DNA of 64,000 nucleotides from Eledone cirrhosa (GCA_964016885.1 OZ024743.1:344906001-344970000), one strand, 5' to 3'. Shown: positions 26,593 through 41,689, counted from the first letter of the stretch. The notes: a model not told the origin generated them from the letters alone. Program-made: numbers and translations.

Positions 26593-29500
26593 GAAAATCC
26601 CGTGACCAAGAAATACCGGGATGGGGGCCGGCAGGGAATAACCGTGTCTATAGGGGAGGACGACCACTCTAGTTTTGGTTGACACTCGTCCTAGAAGTGG
26701 TAACACGAAATGATTACCCCTTGGCGGTTAAGGATAAAACGCGACAAAATAAAGTAAATGTCAAATGATAAAATCTCATACCGGATCGGTCGTCACTCGG
26801 GTCATAAAGGGCAACGTCCCTCAGAGAGGAACCAGACTGGGGTCGAAAAATCAGCTAATGATTCAAATCTTCGCATCACTTCGCAGCTGGAGACCTCCCA
26901 TAACCGGAATACTCCTACTGTTGGCCCTCCATGCTCACTACTAAGAAATCGAAAGAAAAAGAGAGAAAAATGGTCAAGAGAAGACAATAAAGAAGTCCTT
27001 GAGGCTTTCTACATTTCCATGTACTACCCATCAAATAGATCGAATACAGAACAGACATATATCAACTGGAAAAAGAAACACTCACGAAAACAGAGGCTAT
27101 ATTGACAGTAACAAACTAGTCAATATACGAAGAAATATTGTTAAAAAAATGTTACTAACTGATATAGAAATTGATCAGATCAAGCTATTAGCACAAAGTC
27201 AGCGAAGGGAAAATGAAACATGTGTCAGTGAAAACGGGGTAAATTATAACACTTCGAATCCCAGGTTGGGGCGGAATCCCTGACAACAGAACAAATTAAA
27301 GAAAGGATCGAAAACGTGGAGGGAGTGCATGCTCAAGTTGAAACTCAAAATGAAAACAATGAGATCGTAAATGATAAAGAAATGAATGAGAATAAACTTG
27401 CCAACTTGAAGGATGAAATTATGATCGAATGGATGAAAATGAAAGAGTCTGACATGGCGGAACGAGACACTCTCCATAAGATCCAGAACTCCAAACAGAA
27501 TCAAAAGATAATACACAAGACTAACATAATTATTAAAAACATTATCATCACAAACAAACTAAACATTACTGATTTAAATCATCTCTATTATGCATCGTCT
27601 AAAGTCACCACTCACTTATGTGGAGTGACAATGAAAAACAAAGGAATTCCCACAAGAAATCTACTTGGCAAGAGAACATCAATCGCCAAATAAACCTTCT
27701 CCGATCTGACAGAAATTTTAACAAACTACAAAGTAGGTGAACATGTTAAACAAACTAAACTTAGAAAATTGAAAAGAAAATACAGTATAAAATCAACAAG
27801 TGACATAGACATGCTGATAGAAATAATCAAGCAAAAAGTGTCGGCCAAAGATGCTCGTATAAGGCGCTTTGAAAAACGATCAAGATTTTATAAGAACAAT
27901 AATATGTTCAAAAACAACCAAAGAAACTTCTACAGAAAAATTGGCAAGTCAACAATAACTGCTAAATCAATACCACCCAAGGAGGAAGTGCAAGAATTCT
28001 GGGAAAAGATCTGGTCCGAAGAAAAAGTTCATAATATACATGCCCCATGGATAGACAGACAAATGAAAGATACAGCTCACCTTGAGGAACAAATATGGGA
28101 AAATATAACAGTTGAACAGTTGCGTTTGGCTCTTAGAAAAACCAGCAAATAGAAATCCCCAGGAAAAGACAAAATACCAAATTTTTGGATAAATGCTTTC
28201 ACAGAGTCTCATGAGCTGTTAGCCCAACTTTAAAATGATATAGTTAAGGAGCCAGAAAAGATACCTTCATGGCTAGTTAACGGCATTACATTCCTGCTTC
28301 CGAAGAATGATGAGACAAACAATCCCAAAAATTACAGACCGATAACTTGCTTGACCACAATGTATAACATTTTAACATCAGTCCTAACTGAATATACATA
28401 TGACCACCTGATAACAAATGACCTATTTCCCATTGAGCAGAAAGGGTGTAAAAGAGGCTCATGTGGCTGTAAGGATCAGCTTTTGGTTAACAATATGATA
28501 TTGGAAGATTGTCATAATAGACACAGCAATCTATCAATTGCTTGGATAGATTATAAAAAAGCATTCAATAGTTTGCCACACAGTTGGATTGAAAAATGTT
28601 TTGAGATTTTCAAAATATCTCCCGTTGTCAGGAGGTTCCTGTCATTCAGTATGAGGACCTGGAAAACGACACTACTTTTGAATAGTGAAATAAAATCACT
28701 GGAAGCTGGAGAAGTTAATATTAATTGTGGAATTTTTCAGGGTGACTCTTTATCACCGCTTTTATTCTGCATCGCACTTATACCATTAAGTAAAATGCTC
28801 AATGAAACAAAACATGGATATAAAGTCTATGACAAAACCATTAATCAATTGTTCTACATGGATGACCTGAAACTAATTGCAAAAAATGACGAACAATTGC
28901 AAGGGCTATTATCCGCTGTGGAGCAGTTCAGTGATGACATTAAAATAAAGTTTGGACTAGATACATGCGCCAAATCAACGTTCACCAGAGGAAAGCTGCT
29001 GAAAAGTTCAGACATTAATCTTGATCGGGGGAATGTGATAAAGGAACTTGATCAAGGGGAAACTTACAAATATCTAGATGTTTATGAAGGAGACGGTATC
29101 AAGCCCTCGACAATGAGGGAAAGGATAAGGAAGGAATGTTACCGCAGAGTAAGAGCAATCTTAAGAATATAATTGAATGCAAGGAATAGGATCGATGCCA
29201 TAAACACGCTTGCCATACCAGTAGTAACCTACAGTTACAATGTCATCAACTGGTCAAGCACAGAGATCCGTAGGCTCGATACAAAAATTAGAAAATTCTT
29301 AACCATTCACAAAATGCATCACCCTAAGGCAGATACAGATAGAATATATCTCCCTAGGAAAGAAGGAGGACGTGGGTTAATCCACTTAGATATTGCGTTG
29401 AAAACTGCAACAATTGGATTATCTACATATCTAAGGGAATCACATGATTGGATGATCAAACTCGTTTTGAAACACGAAAGCATCAAAAGATCATACTCCA

Positions 29501-30551
29501 TTACAAAAGATGCACAAAGATACAGTACTGGACTACAAATTTCAGAAGTCCCATTTACTGCTGAAATGGAAAACACAGAAAAAGCAAAGCAGGTAAAAGT
29601 AACTGCAAAGAAATAACTGCTACAGAAACTGGCTAAGAAATGGCAAGAAAAGCCTCTGTATGGAAAATACCCAGAAAGAGCTAACAATCCTGATGTTGAC
29701 AAAACTTTAACCCATCAGTGGTTGGCATCCTCTGGACTGAAATCGGAGACTGAAGGACTGATTATATCAGCACAAGATCAGTGTCTGCCAACAAAAAATT
29801 ACCAAGCCAACATAATAAAAAATGGATGCAATCCATTATGCCGTGTATGTAAAAAACAACCAGAGACCATTGACCATATAATTTCAATGTGCAGTCCTAT
29901 AGCTCCAACCGAATACCTAAACAGGCATGACAGAGCTGCACAATACATACATTGGATAATGTGTAAGCATTTTGACCTGCCCCATCAAAAGAATTGGTGG
30001 GAGCATCAACCACCTCCTATACTTGAAAAAGATCACATCTCAATCTTGTGGAACTTTAGCATCCAAACAGACCGAAAAATAAATGCAAATAGACCTGATA
30101 TAATACTGAAGGACTTTAAAAAGAGGGTATGCCTGCTAATTGATATGTCCGTTCCAATAGACAAGAATATATCTATAAAAACATTTGAAAAATTGAGCAA
30201 GTATAAGGACCTGGAGATAGAAATTGGAAAAATGTGGAAATTGAGAACTAAAACAATACCAGTGGTTGTAGGCGCTCTAGGAATGATACATAAGGGGTCT
30301 AATGATTACTTATCACAAATCACAGGAAAGCCGCGTATAGGAGAAATACAAAAGATAGTACTAATGGGAACTGCCGATATACTAAGGAAGATTCTGTCAA
30401 TATAAGTACATCACAAGTTTAAACACCTAAAGATGCATGTGTGAGTACGTTTGTTCTTTCTTGAACATGACGGACCTTGTTGTCTCTTGAGGTCACTGGT
30501 TGTGACTTGGTGATAACTCGTATGAACATAAAGCAAGATAAATGCAGCTGT
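26593..30551 (+). mobile_element. Near full-length decayed R4/Dong-type RLE non-LTR retrotransposon (single ORF broken by stops and frameshifts)
   Basis: Fragments 26758-30405: KWSRE, EQKGC, AWIDYKKAFNS, GIFQGDSLSP, YMDD, LPRKEGGRGL, CRVC..ETIDHIISMC, RHD, NRPDI..D..P, K.SKY, PVVVGALG. The 3'UTR is followed by TAA/(TAC)n/(TAA)n. The 5' boundary is approximate. Confidence 0.9.
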
Positions 30552-30553
30552 AA

Positions 30554-30606
<53 letters not shown>

Positions 30607-30630
30607 ATAATAATAATAATAATAATAATT

Positions 30631-30818
30631 GGGCGATGGATTGGCTGTATCGGTAGAGGGTTGGACACCATGCTTTGCTGCATAGATTTACGGCCCTTTA
30701 CGGTCTGAGTTCACATCCCGCCGAAGTTAACTTTGCCTTTCATCCTTACGGGGGTCGATAAAACAAAGTACCAGTAATGCACTGAGATAATTGCTGGCTT
30801 TGTGCCAAAAGTAGAAAT
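30631..30818 (+). mobile_element. Full-length SINE copy directly after the Dong-like LINE tail
   Basis: GGGCGATGGATTGGCTGTATCGG..GAGTTCACATCCC..GTGCCAAAAGTAGAAA. Confidence 0.88.
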
Positions 30819-31555
30819 ATTTAGTAGAAATGATTAGTAATCATAATGAAAATAATAATTAGTTTCAAATATAGGCACAAGGTAAGGAATTATGTTGAAG
30901 GTAAAGTTGATAAAATCGACCTAATACTTTACATGTACCAGCTATTTATCTACCTTTTAATGATGAAATACAAAGTTGACATCAGTAGGACCCGAACTCA
31001 GAATGTCGGACCAACCACAGCAAAAAATTTCGTCCGGTACATTAACTATTCTCTCAGTCATCACCTTCTCATATTCGTTTCTAAATTAGGTGACATGCCA
31101 CATATTTGGGTGTGGGTATACGGCTTAATTAAACAAATCGATCTATTATGAAAATCGGAAGGAGGAAAGGCAAATTAGATCTCAGCAGGAAGTGAATGGA
31201 GCACATACACAGCTGGAACAAACGTCACAAACATCTTGTCACCCACTCCAACAAGCCTATCAAATGCTGGTTCACAAAAACAATTTAAGGGGAAAACGAA
31301 AAATACTTTCCCATTGTATTATATATATACACATATATAAATGAACTTCTGTTTAGAAACGATGATAGGAGTTTTAAATGTATGCGAAAGATAGAATATT
31401 CATTAAATTTATTTTTGACGTTAGAAACAGTTTAAATGATAGCGCATATAAGCCCCCTTAACGGAACCAATAGATTTTTCTCTATTTTCCTCGGAGAATA
31501 TATCACCGTGTTGCCAGTATGTTCCGAGAATGTATGTATGTATTTATGTATGTAT

Positions 31556-32180
31556 GTTCTTCTGGTTTTATAATTTCACAACGTTTTACCAAGAGAGAGT
31601 CGGTTTCTAACATAGACACAAGACTCTCTCATTGGAATTTACACAACATCAACTAGGTAGATATGTATGCATGCATGCATGTGTAGATATGGATGTTATT
31701 GTATGTGTGGATGTGTATATTTTGAGTTGCATGTGTGCATGTGTATATGCTTTGTATCTGTACATGTGTATATATGAAGTTATTAGATGCAAAATGTTTG
31801 GAATGTTTTACATATTTTTACTGTTCCATTAATGGATTGTACTTCTAATTTCCTAACTAGTTGTGTTCTTTCTGTTCCTGTGAAGCCTAGCTTCTCAAGA
31901 TTTGTATTGAGGCAGTTACTAACATACCCCAGTGCACCAATAATCACAGGCATACATCTGAAGGTGTAATCAGGGTGGAGTATCTGCAGATTTCTCATCA
32001 GTTCTGCATAAATATTCTCCTTTTCGCTAATCTTTGATATTATATTGGCATCTGCTGGGCAGCTAATTTCCACTACTGTGCATGCTTTCTTCTCCCTGTC
32101 TCATATCATAATATCTCGTCTGTTATGCCTGCATTTTATTGGTGTTTTTACTGGAACATTCCACCAGTACTCTTTCATAT
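31556..32180 (-). mobile_element. 3' fragment of a third RLE-type LINE family (endonuclease C-terminus plus 3'UTR) in (CATA)n
   Basis: Minus strand reads [36 protein letters not shown], stop at 31783; the 3'UTR ends at ...AAACCAGAAGAAC followed by CATA repeats. Confidence 0.8.
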
Positions 32181-32243
32181 TATGTATGTATGTATGTATG
32201 TATGTATGTATGTATGTATGTATTATTATTATTATGTATGTAT

Positions 32244-32278
<35 letters not shown>

Positions 32279-32400
32279 GTTATTAATGTATGTGTGTATA
32301 TATGTGTGAGTGTATGTGTATGTATGTGTGTGTGTATATATGTATGTATGTGTATGTATGTGTGTGTGTATATATATGTGTATATATATATATATGTATA

Positions 32401-32435
<35 letters not shown>

Positions 32436-32458
32436 TTTCCCTTTTTTTTTTATTTTTT

Positions 32459-32524
<66 letters not shown>

Positions 32525-32583
32525 TTTTTTTTTTTTTTTTTTATTGTGCAATGGCCATACTCGATAACGAGGGGGCAGCCATC

Positions 32584-32796
32584 ATGTATGTATATATATA
32601 TGTATGTATGTATGTATATATATATATGTATGTATGTATATATATATGTATGTATGTATATATATATGTATGTATGTATATATATATGTATGTATGTATA
32701 TATGTATGTATGTATATATATATGTATGTATGTATGTATATACATATATATGTATGTATATATATATGTATGTATGTATATATATATGTATGTATG

Positions 32797-32830
<34 letters not shown>

Positions 32831-32944
32831 TGTATATATATATGTATGTATGTATGTATATGCATGTATATGTATGTATATATATATATGTATGTATATA
32901 TATATATGTATGTATATATATATATGTATGTATATATATATATG

Positions 32945-32975
<31 letters not shown>

Positions 32976-33022
32976 GTATGTATGTATATATATGTATGTA
33001 TGTATATATATATGTGTATGTA

Positions 33023-33058
<36 letters not shown>

Positions 33059-33116
33059 TATATATATATATGTATGTATATATATATATGTGTATGTATA
33101 TATATATATATGTATG

Positions 33117-33147
<31 letters not shown>

Positions 33148-34283
33148 ATATATATATGTATGTATGTATATATATATGTATGTATGTATGTATATATATA
33201 TATGTATGTGTATGTATGTATATATATATGTATGTATATATATATATATATATATGTATGTATATATATATATATATATATGTATGTATATATATATATG
33301 TATGTGTATGTATGTATATGTATATATGTATGTGTATGTATGTATATATATATATATGTGTGTGGTATGTATGTATATATATATATATGTGTGTGTATGT
33401 ATGTATATATATATATATATGTGTGTGTATGTATGTATATATATATATATATGTGTGTGTATGTATGTATATATATATATATATGTGTGTGTATGTATGT
33501 ATATATATATATATATGTGTGTGTATGTATGTATATATATATATATATGTGTGTGTATGTATGTATATATATATATATATGTATGTGTATGTATGTATAT
33601 ATATATATATATGTATGTGTATGTATGTATATATATATATATGTATGTGTATGTATGTATATATGTGTATGTGTATGTATGTATGTATGTATATATATAT
33701 ATATATGTATGTGTATGTATGTATATATATGTATGTATGTGTATGTGTATGTGTATGTATGTATATGTATGTGTATGTATGTATATATATATATGTGTAT
33801 GTATGTATATATATATGTATGTGTATGTATGTATATATATGTATGTGTATGTATGTATATATATATATATGTGTATGTGTATGTATGTATATATGTATGT
33901 GTATGTGTATGTATGTATATATATATATGTGTATGTATGTATGTATATATATATATATATGTATGTGTATGTATGTATATATATATGTGTGTATGTGTAT
34001 GTATGTATATATATATATATGTATGTGTATGTATGTATATATATATATATATGTATGTGTATGTATGTATGTGTATATATATATATGTATGTGTATGTAT
34101 GTATATGTATATGTGTATGTATGTATGTATATGCGTATGTATATGTATATATATATATATGTATGTATGTATGTATATACGTATGTATATGTATATATAT
34201 GTATGTATGTATATATGTATGTATATACGTATGTATATGTATATGTATGTATGTATATGCGTATGTATATACGTATGTATATG

Positions 34284-34314
<31 letters not shown>

Positions 34315-34358
34315 GTGTATACGTATGTATATGTATATACGTATGTATATGTATGTAT
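32584..34358. repeat. 1.8-kb (TA)n/(TATG)n/(TG) compound satellite
   Basis: Direct inspection; source of the 600-780 aa pseudo-ORFs. Confidence 0.95.
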
Positions 34359-34966
34359 GTCAGGTCACCAGTTGGTGCTACTGGTAACATGTATCCCAGT
34401 ACAACCTGTCTCACGGTCAGGTCGTTGGTGACTAAACTGGCAACCCCACCAAGGTTTCTTGGTGAGGAGGGTGACTTTGGACATCCTGCAGGACTAAAAA
34501 CAAAACCTGTCAAAGGGCAAAGGAGCTCTTAAGAGTCAATGGCCATCCAAAATCACCGGGAGAGATGACCCCTTAGCCTTTGTCATGGCAGAATTCTAGG
34601 AGAAGGAAAACTCTGATATAACACCTGCAACCCTGATGGTATCCAATGATGTTGACTTGTTCTTCTTTTTGGTAAATATCATCTTGGTTAAGAGAGTGGG
34701 ACTGGCTTTGTGCAGTGCCTTTGCTCACTATAAAAGCTTCACGGCACAGGTATTGCTTTATATCTGGAGATCTCTCTGCACTTGTCGTCACATGGTACCA
34801 TGGGCCCAGCACTATGTGTCAATAATTGTCACAAGTGTAGTGTTTGTACCAGAGTTTTCAAGTCGCTGGCTGGACTAAAAAGTCACACTTGTTCAGCGCA
34901 TCGGTAGGAGTTCTCCTACATGGATATAAAGTAGTGGCCGTACTCGAAAACGAGTTGGCAGCCACT
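34359..34966 (+). mobile_element. Internally deleted (bipartite) RTE-like element: 5' leader plus ORF C-terminus plus 3' stem-loop
   Basis: Leader shared with 35313, 35941 and 36476. The 3' part encodes KSLAGLKSH-like residues and ends TGGCCGTACTCGAAAACGAGTTGGCAGCCA, then (TATG)n. Confidence 0.6.
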
Positions 34967-35312
34967 ATGTATGTATGTATGTATGTATGTATGTATGTAT
35001 GTATGTATGTATGTATGTATGTATGTGTATACGTATGTATGAATGTATGTTCTTATGGTTTTATAATTTCACAAATGTTTAAAACTAGAACGTACATACA
35101 TGCATACATACATACGTACATACATGTGTACACACATATATGTATGTATGTATCCATTTTTGACCGGCCACCTTCCCGGTGGCAAGGTTGTTAAAGAAAA
35201 GAAATTATTATCCCTTGAATCGAAAGAATGTTTTGCAAATTTTGAAGGGGCCCGATATCGCAGCCAGTTGTAGTCTATGAATTAGGATGTACGTATGTTT
35301 GTATGTATGTAT

Positions 35313-36655
35313 GTCAGCTCGTTATTCAGCGCTACTGGTAACATGTAGCCCAGTAAAACCTGTGATTGTTGGGTCATCGGCGACAAATCCGGCAACCCCA
35401 CCAAGCTTGCTTGGTGGAGTTGCCGGATTAGTTGCTTGGTGAGGAGGGTGATTTTAGTCACCCTGCAGGATGAAAAACAAAACCTGCAAAAGGGCGGAGG
35501 AACTCAGGAGATTCAATGGCCATCCAATAAAGTATATTTTTTCGAGGGGGGCGAGAGACTTCATTAAGACATCTCTCTTGGTCTACTTTGATATAAAACC
35601 TGTGACTTCATTTGTATCCAATGATGTAGACCAGCTCTACTTTTTGAGTAAATGCATTCGATGTTCAGAGAGTGGGATAGGTCCCTTGTAAAGCCTTTCC
35701 TTGCTTAAAAAAACTACAAGCACCAGCATCACTTGATATGTGACAGTTTTTTCCGATGCATGGCATTGTTGGAAAGAGGAGATTCCCTAGCAGGACTTAA
35801 ATGCCACGTCTGTGATGCTCATGCGTAAATATCAAGAGATGGGATTACTTAAAATCGAGTTACAACCTTTATGTATGTATGTATGTATGTATGTATGTAT
35901 GTATGTATGTATGTATGTATGTATGTATGTATATGTGTATGTCAGGTCGCTAACGAGTGCTACTGGTAACATGTGATCCAGTACAATCTGTCTCATGGTC
36001 GGGTCGTCGGTGACTAAACCGGCAACCCCACCAAGCTTGCTTAGTGAGGAGGGTGATATTTGGACACCCTGCGGGATGAAATACAAGACCCGGAAAAGGG
36101 AGGAGGAACTCAACAGAGTCAGCGGCCATCCAAATAGCACCATTTTCAGGATATGTTACAGGTTTGTGTGACTGGCCGTAGCCTAAAAATGCAGCAAACT
36201 CTATAATCTGACAAGCGATTGCATTACTCTTAGCAGAGTTTGCAGCCATCATGTATGTATGTATGTATGTATGTATGTATGTATGTATGTATGTATGTAT
36301 GTATGTATGTATGTATGTATGTATGTATGTATGTATGCATGTATGTATGCATGTATGCATGTATGTATGCATGTATGTATGTATGCATGTATGTATGTAT
36401 GTATGTATGTATGTATGTATATATGCATGTATGTATGCATGTATGCATGTATGTATGCATGTATGCTTGTAGATATGTCTTGTATCACGTTGCTCCTGGG
36501 TGCTACCGTATGGCTGGGTTGTCGGCAACGAAAACTGCAAGGCAACTTCACTAAGCTTGGTTGGCGAGGAGGGCGATTTTTGAAACCCTGTGGAATGAAA
36601 AAAGAAAACCAAACAAAGGGTGAAAGAACTCATTGAGAGTCAACGATCATTCAAT
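35313..36655 (+). mobile_element. Three further copies of the same RTE-like leader (35313-35530, 35941-36250, 36476-36655) separated by (TATG)n
   Basis: Shared GTCAG..GCTACTGGTAACATG..GGCAACCCCACCAAGCTTGCTTGGTGAGGAGGGTGA..GAGTCAA.GGCCATCCAA. Confidence 0.7.
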
Positions 36656-36971
36656 AGTGTGTACATATGCATATATACGGCTGTGTGTGGGATTGTTTGC
36701 GCGTGTGTGTGTGCGTCTGCATATAAATTAATAGTATAAAACTTTTAAGTTTTTCTATTTTTTTTTTAAATTCAATTTTATCCTACTTATTTAATTACCT
36801 TGTTTATTTATTTATTTTTGGAAACAAAGCTGCAGTTCATACAATTACCAGTCATCATGTATCTGTTTATCATTGGATTCTAGCTGTTGATATGTAGAGA
36901 GTAGCATCTGTGTAACACAATCACATACTGCTTTGATCTCATTATGAAGATAACTCTTCAAAGACCTACAG

Positions 36972-37871
36972 CTATGGGGAAGCAGTGGCATATACAGACC
37001 TCGGAAGAATATATTTTCTAATCTGTACGCCTGGGGCTTCAGGTTTATCTAACGTCGTTGCCAGTTTTCGGAGTAGAAACTGGCTTGGGCTGATTATTAT
37101 GTGACCAAGCAACCCTTTCAAGGGGGAACACTGCTTACCCAAATCTTGGGAGAGGGCTAGAAATGGTAGCCCAAAAATTGCCTGTTCCACCATCAAGCTG
37201 GTTGAACCTGCGGCTGACGACTGTTCATACAGGCAGGAAAAACAAGAAGAATAATAATAATTTTCGGAACAATTTTCAGAAGAATAGAATTACATTGAAT
37301 GTTAGAACACTTCTGGACAAGGAATCACCCACAAATCCAGAACGCACAACTCCTAGTGTTGGCAGAGAGTTGAGTTAAATTGTGATAGCTGCACTCTCTG
37401 AAACCCCTTTTAGTGGTGAAGCTCATCTATCATAGAAGAGTGCCGGCTATACGTGCTTCTGGAAAAGGGAAACCAATTGGGGAGCAAAGGAAAGAAGGAG
37501 TAGGTTTCCCTGTCCGGACAGAGTTCAGAAAGCAGCTGGAGAAACCACATGGCATTGGTGATCGAATTATGCATCTAACAGTTCCTTTTTCAAGGGGATG
37601 TTTCATGAGTGTTATTACAGTGTATGCCCAAAACCTGGATAGTTGCCAGGAAATAATTATGGATTTTTACCAAGATTGACGAGGGTGTATAACAACGATT
37701 CCACATTGGGACAAGATCTTGGTAGAATGTATAATGACACACCCCATCTGGTAATAATACAGAGGGAGGGAGACAAAACAAAAGCTGGTCTGAAAAGTCA
37801 CCTGTTTGTACATGATGGTGCAATATTTAATGAGGGCATGGCACTCTTCCGACGAGAAGTAACAATCAAAA
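36972..37871 (+). mobile_element. Decayed, internally deleted RTE-clade LINE (5'UTR, APE N-terminus, ORF C-terminus, 3' tail)
   Basis: ITLNVRTLLDK..PERTT..VGREL is the RTE APE start; EGVGF, DRIMHL, VITVYA; then AGLKSHL and a 3' hairpin before ATGTATG. Confidence 0.75.
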
Positions 37872-37904
37872 TGTATGCATGTATGTATATATTTAGTTAT
37901 ATGT

Positions 37905-38004
<100 letters not shown>

Positions 38005-38407
38005 AAAGAGGGAGAGGTTTGGATCCGAGAAAGGGAATAGATAAAGATTTCATTGATTGAAGAATCTACATGAATGAGGTATATATAGGTGTTACGACTC
38101 AAATGAAACATATGTAGACAATATTGAATTAAACACACAAGCAGACATATACACATTTTACGTATCTATCTAGCAACATACAAACATACACACATGTATA
38201 GGTATGTGTGTGCATGTGTGTGCATGTTTGCGTGAGTTTATATGTGTTTAGTATAGCGCACACAACTGATATGCTGAGTACAATTATATATACTCACAAT
38301 ATATATATACGTTAGCACATTAAACACGATTGCGTATAATTAATCATGGTGGGTTATACGCACTCACAAACACACACATATATATATGTATCTATCGTTC
38401 TATGTCT

Positions 38408-38531
<124 letters not shown>

Positions 38532-38539
38532 TATATGCA

Positions 38540-38605
<66 letters not shown>

Positions 38606-39040
38606 AAACGAGAAGTTTCCATGGCAAATATTCGAATTTTATTGCTGGACCTCGGTTGAAAAGTGAGGTATGTGTGTGTGAGTATCTTTGTGTAGGTGTA
38701 AGTATACATACATCATAGTTTCACGTGTATACACCACGCACACACATACACACACATATATATGTATATACACATACATACACTCTCTCTCACACACACA
38801 CACATTCACACAGACACACACATATATATATATATATTTAAAGGAACATACATATGCATTCACAAATAAAGAAAATGAGATGTATTTAGGAAATGGCTAT
38901 TTGAGAGATATAGTATTACATGATAGATAAATATATATACATATATATATGTAAGTAGATTGAAAGACAATTACAATATCATTCAGAATTAGACAAATGA
39001 TGGTATGTGTGTATGTACGTATATATATATGTATGCATAC

Positions 39041-39117
<77 letters not shown>

Positions 39118-39121
39118 TGTC

Positions 39122-39251
<130 letters not shown>

Positions 39252-39264
39252 TAGATATATATAA

Positions 39265-39330
<66 letters not shown>

Positions 39331-41221
39331 TGAGAGAGAGACGGGGAGAGAGCGAGTGAGAAGCAGATAGAGAAAGAGTGAGTGAGTGAGATATATATAT
39401 ATATATATGGGGAGAGAGAGGAGGAGAAGGGAAATTGGCAATGGAAAGAGACTGTGTTATGCTAAAGTGTAGTGATTGCAGCTTTGTGGTGGGTATGTTG
39501 ATGAGGGGAGAAGAAACGGCATGCTCATAAATTGGAATTCAACGTTAGCTTGAGTTACATGTCCTTTTGTAATGAGAGTGTTGGCATGGCGAGACTGGAA
39601 CGCGTCTCTCGTTATAACTTCCTTGACCAGCAGGAAAAGTAAATAGAGGTGGTCAACCACTTCGCTGCTTCACTGCTTTAGACGCATCAAATGAAAGAAG
39701 GTCCGAAGCGTGCGGATTAATGTCCGATAATCAGTCTATTAAGATATAATGGAGAGAAATTAATTGATTTTCTCGCTTTGAATGGCACACCTCGTGGAAC
39801 TCTGCACTGCTTCGTTGTTAAACGATTTTACTTTTATCTTTTTACACCCATCTTCCACCAAAACCCATCCCCATCCGAATTCTTCCATCGATTTCCCCGC
39901 CTTTTCTTCTATGCATCCACCCACATACGCTTACAGAAACACACAACAGCCCTACACCGATACCAACACATACACACCTATGAACATATATATGCACATA
40001 CATCTCCACAGCCATCCTCTACGTCATCATTATCCGCCAAACATAACGAAACTTCGTTTCCTATCAGACTACCACACAAACTCCCCTCCAGCTGACCAAC
40101 CCACCTACCTGAATTCTTCACCACTAAACACTACCTTCCCATCATCATTGAAATACCATCAACATCTCAACCACCTACCTACCTACTTTCCTACCTACAT
40201 ACCAAACTATTTTCTTACCAACCTCACTACCTCCCTATCTATCTATTAACTGACCACTATACCATAACTGCTATTATGGCCATTTGGTAATGGCCTGCCT
40301 ATTTACTGCCAAAACTTTTAAAAGTCCAACTACGATTAAACCGATTGCTTAAATAAAAAGCCCTTCAAACGATTATTGTCAATTAGAAGTTGATTAAGTT
40401 TTTAATTCCCGCTGATGAACGCATGGACGCTTATAAACCGTGATTCGTCTTTGATAACTCGAAGAAAAGCATTGCCAATGCAATTCATTCCATTAAACTA
40501 ACACCAGGACTTTTTACTTTTGAAGTAAAGGCACGTGCAACAAAAGAGAGAACATTTTGATTGCAGGTTTTGATATTAAACAGAAAAACAAACAAACAAA
40601 CAAACAACCAAACAAACAAATATATAACTAAATAAATGAATAAATAAAACCTAAAGTAAAAATATTCACATCATTCAATCAATCATTCTAAAACACGATA
40701 TGTGATTCTGAGGTCACAAAGATCGGATACGATGTCCAATTAGAATAGCATTTATCAAAATCTAATGATAAAATTTGTAGGGACCTTTAATGAATAACAA
40801 AAATTACTAAAAATCGAACAGCAAATGCAAACTAAACGGCCAGCGGAACGTGTATACAAAGTAGACTATAGAAACAAGGTGAACACACAATTTATAGAAC
40901 ACATGAATTGGTTCTGGACAAAAGACCACTCAGACGAATGTTAATGAATGATTTAATTACATCAGCTCAATGATAAAAAGTAACAGAATCATAATCGTCA
41001 TAACCATAGTAATGGTGGTGATTATAATAACAGTGAGAATGATCATAGTAATGACGATCATAATGATGGTGGTCTTAGTAATGGCAATCATAATGATGAT
41101 GATCATAGTGATGGTTATCATAGTGATGATGATGATATTCGTTTTGACGAAGTTAATGAGGAATTTGATGATTATAATGCTGCTGATTATGAATATAATG
41201 ATCATCAAAATAATAATGATG

Positions 41222-41560
41222 ATTTCGAATCTAGGCACAAGGTCGGCAATTTTGGTGGAGGAGCAAGTCGAACAAATCGACCCAACATTTGATCGATACT
41301 TTATTGTTTCGACCGCAGAAGGTTGAACGGTAACGTTAACGTCGGCGGGATTTGAGATCAGAAAGTAGAGGGTTGTAAAGAAATAATTGTTTCTACTTTT
41401 GGCACAAGGCCAGCAATTATCCCAGCGCATTACTGGTGCTTTTCTTTATCGACCCCTTGAGGATGAAAGGCAAAGTTAACCTCGGCGGGATTTGAACTCA
41501 GACCATAAAGGGACGTAACTCTTTGCTGCAAAGCATGGCGTCCGAACCTCTACCAATACC
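41222..41560 (-). mobile_element. Old SINE (41222-41375) followed by a young SINE (41386-41560)
   Basis: Consensus blocks as above. Confidence 0.8.
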
Positions 41561-41644
41561 GCTCCTGTAAAGAAATAATGCAATGCATTTCATCCGAAGC
41601 ACTGATGATTTTATCTATCAGTTGAATGTGATGACGACAATGCG

Positions 41645-41689
<45 letters not shown>

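Noticed and set aside
32045-34532. 640-780 aa Tyr/Ile/Met/Cys/Val ORFs
   Set aside because: Stop-free (TA)/(TATG)/(TG) microsatellite; the same applies to most short ORFs in the track.
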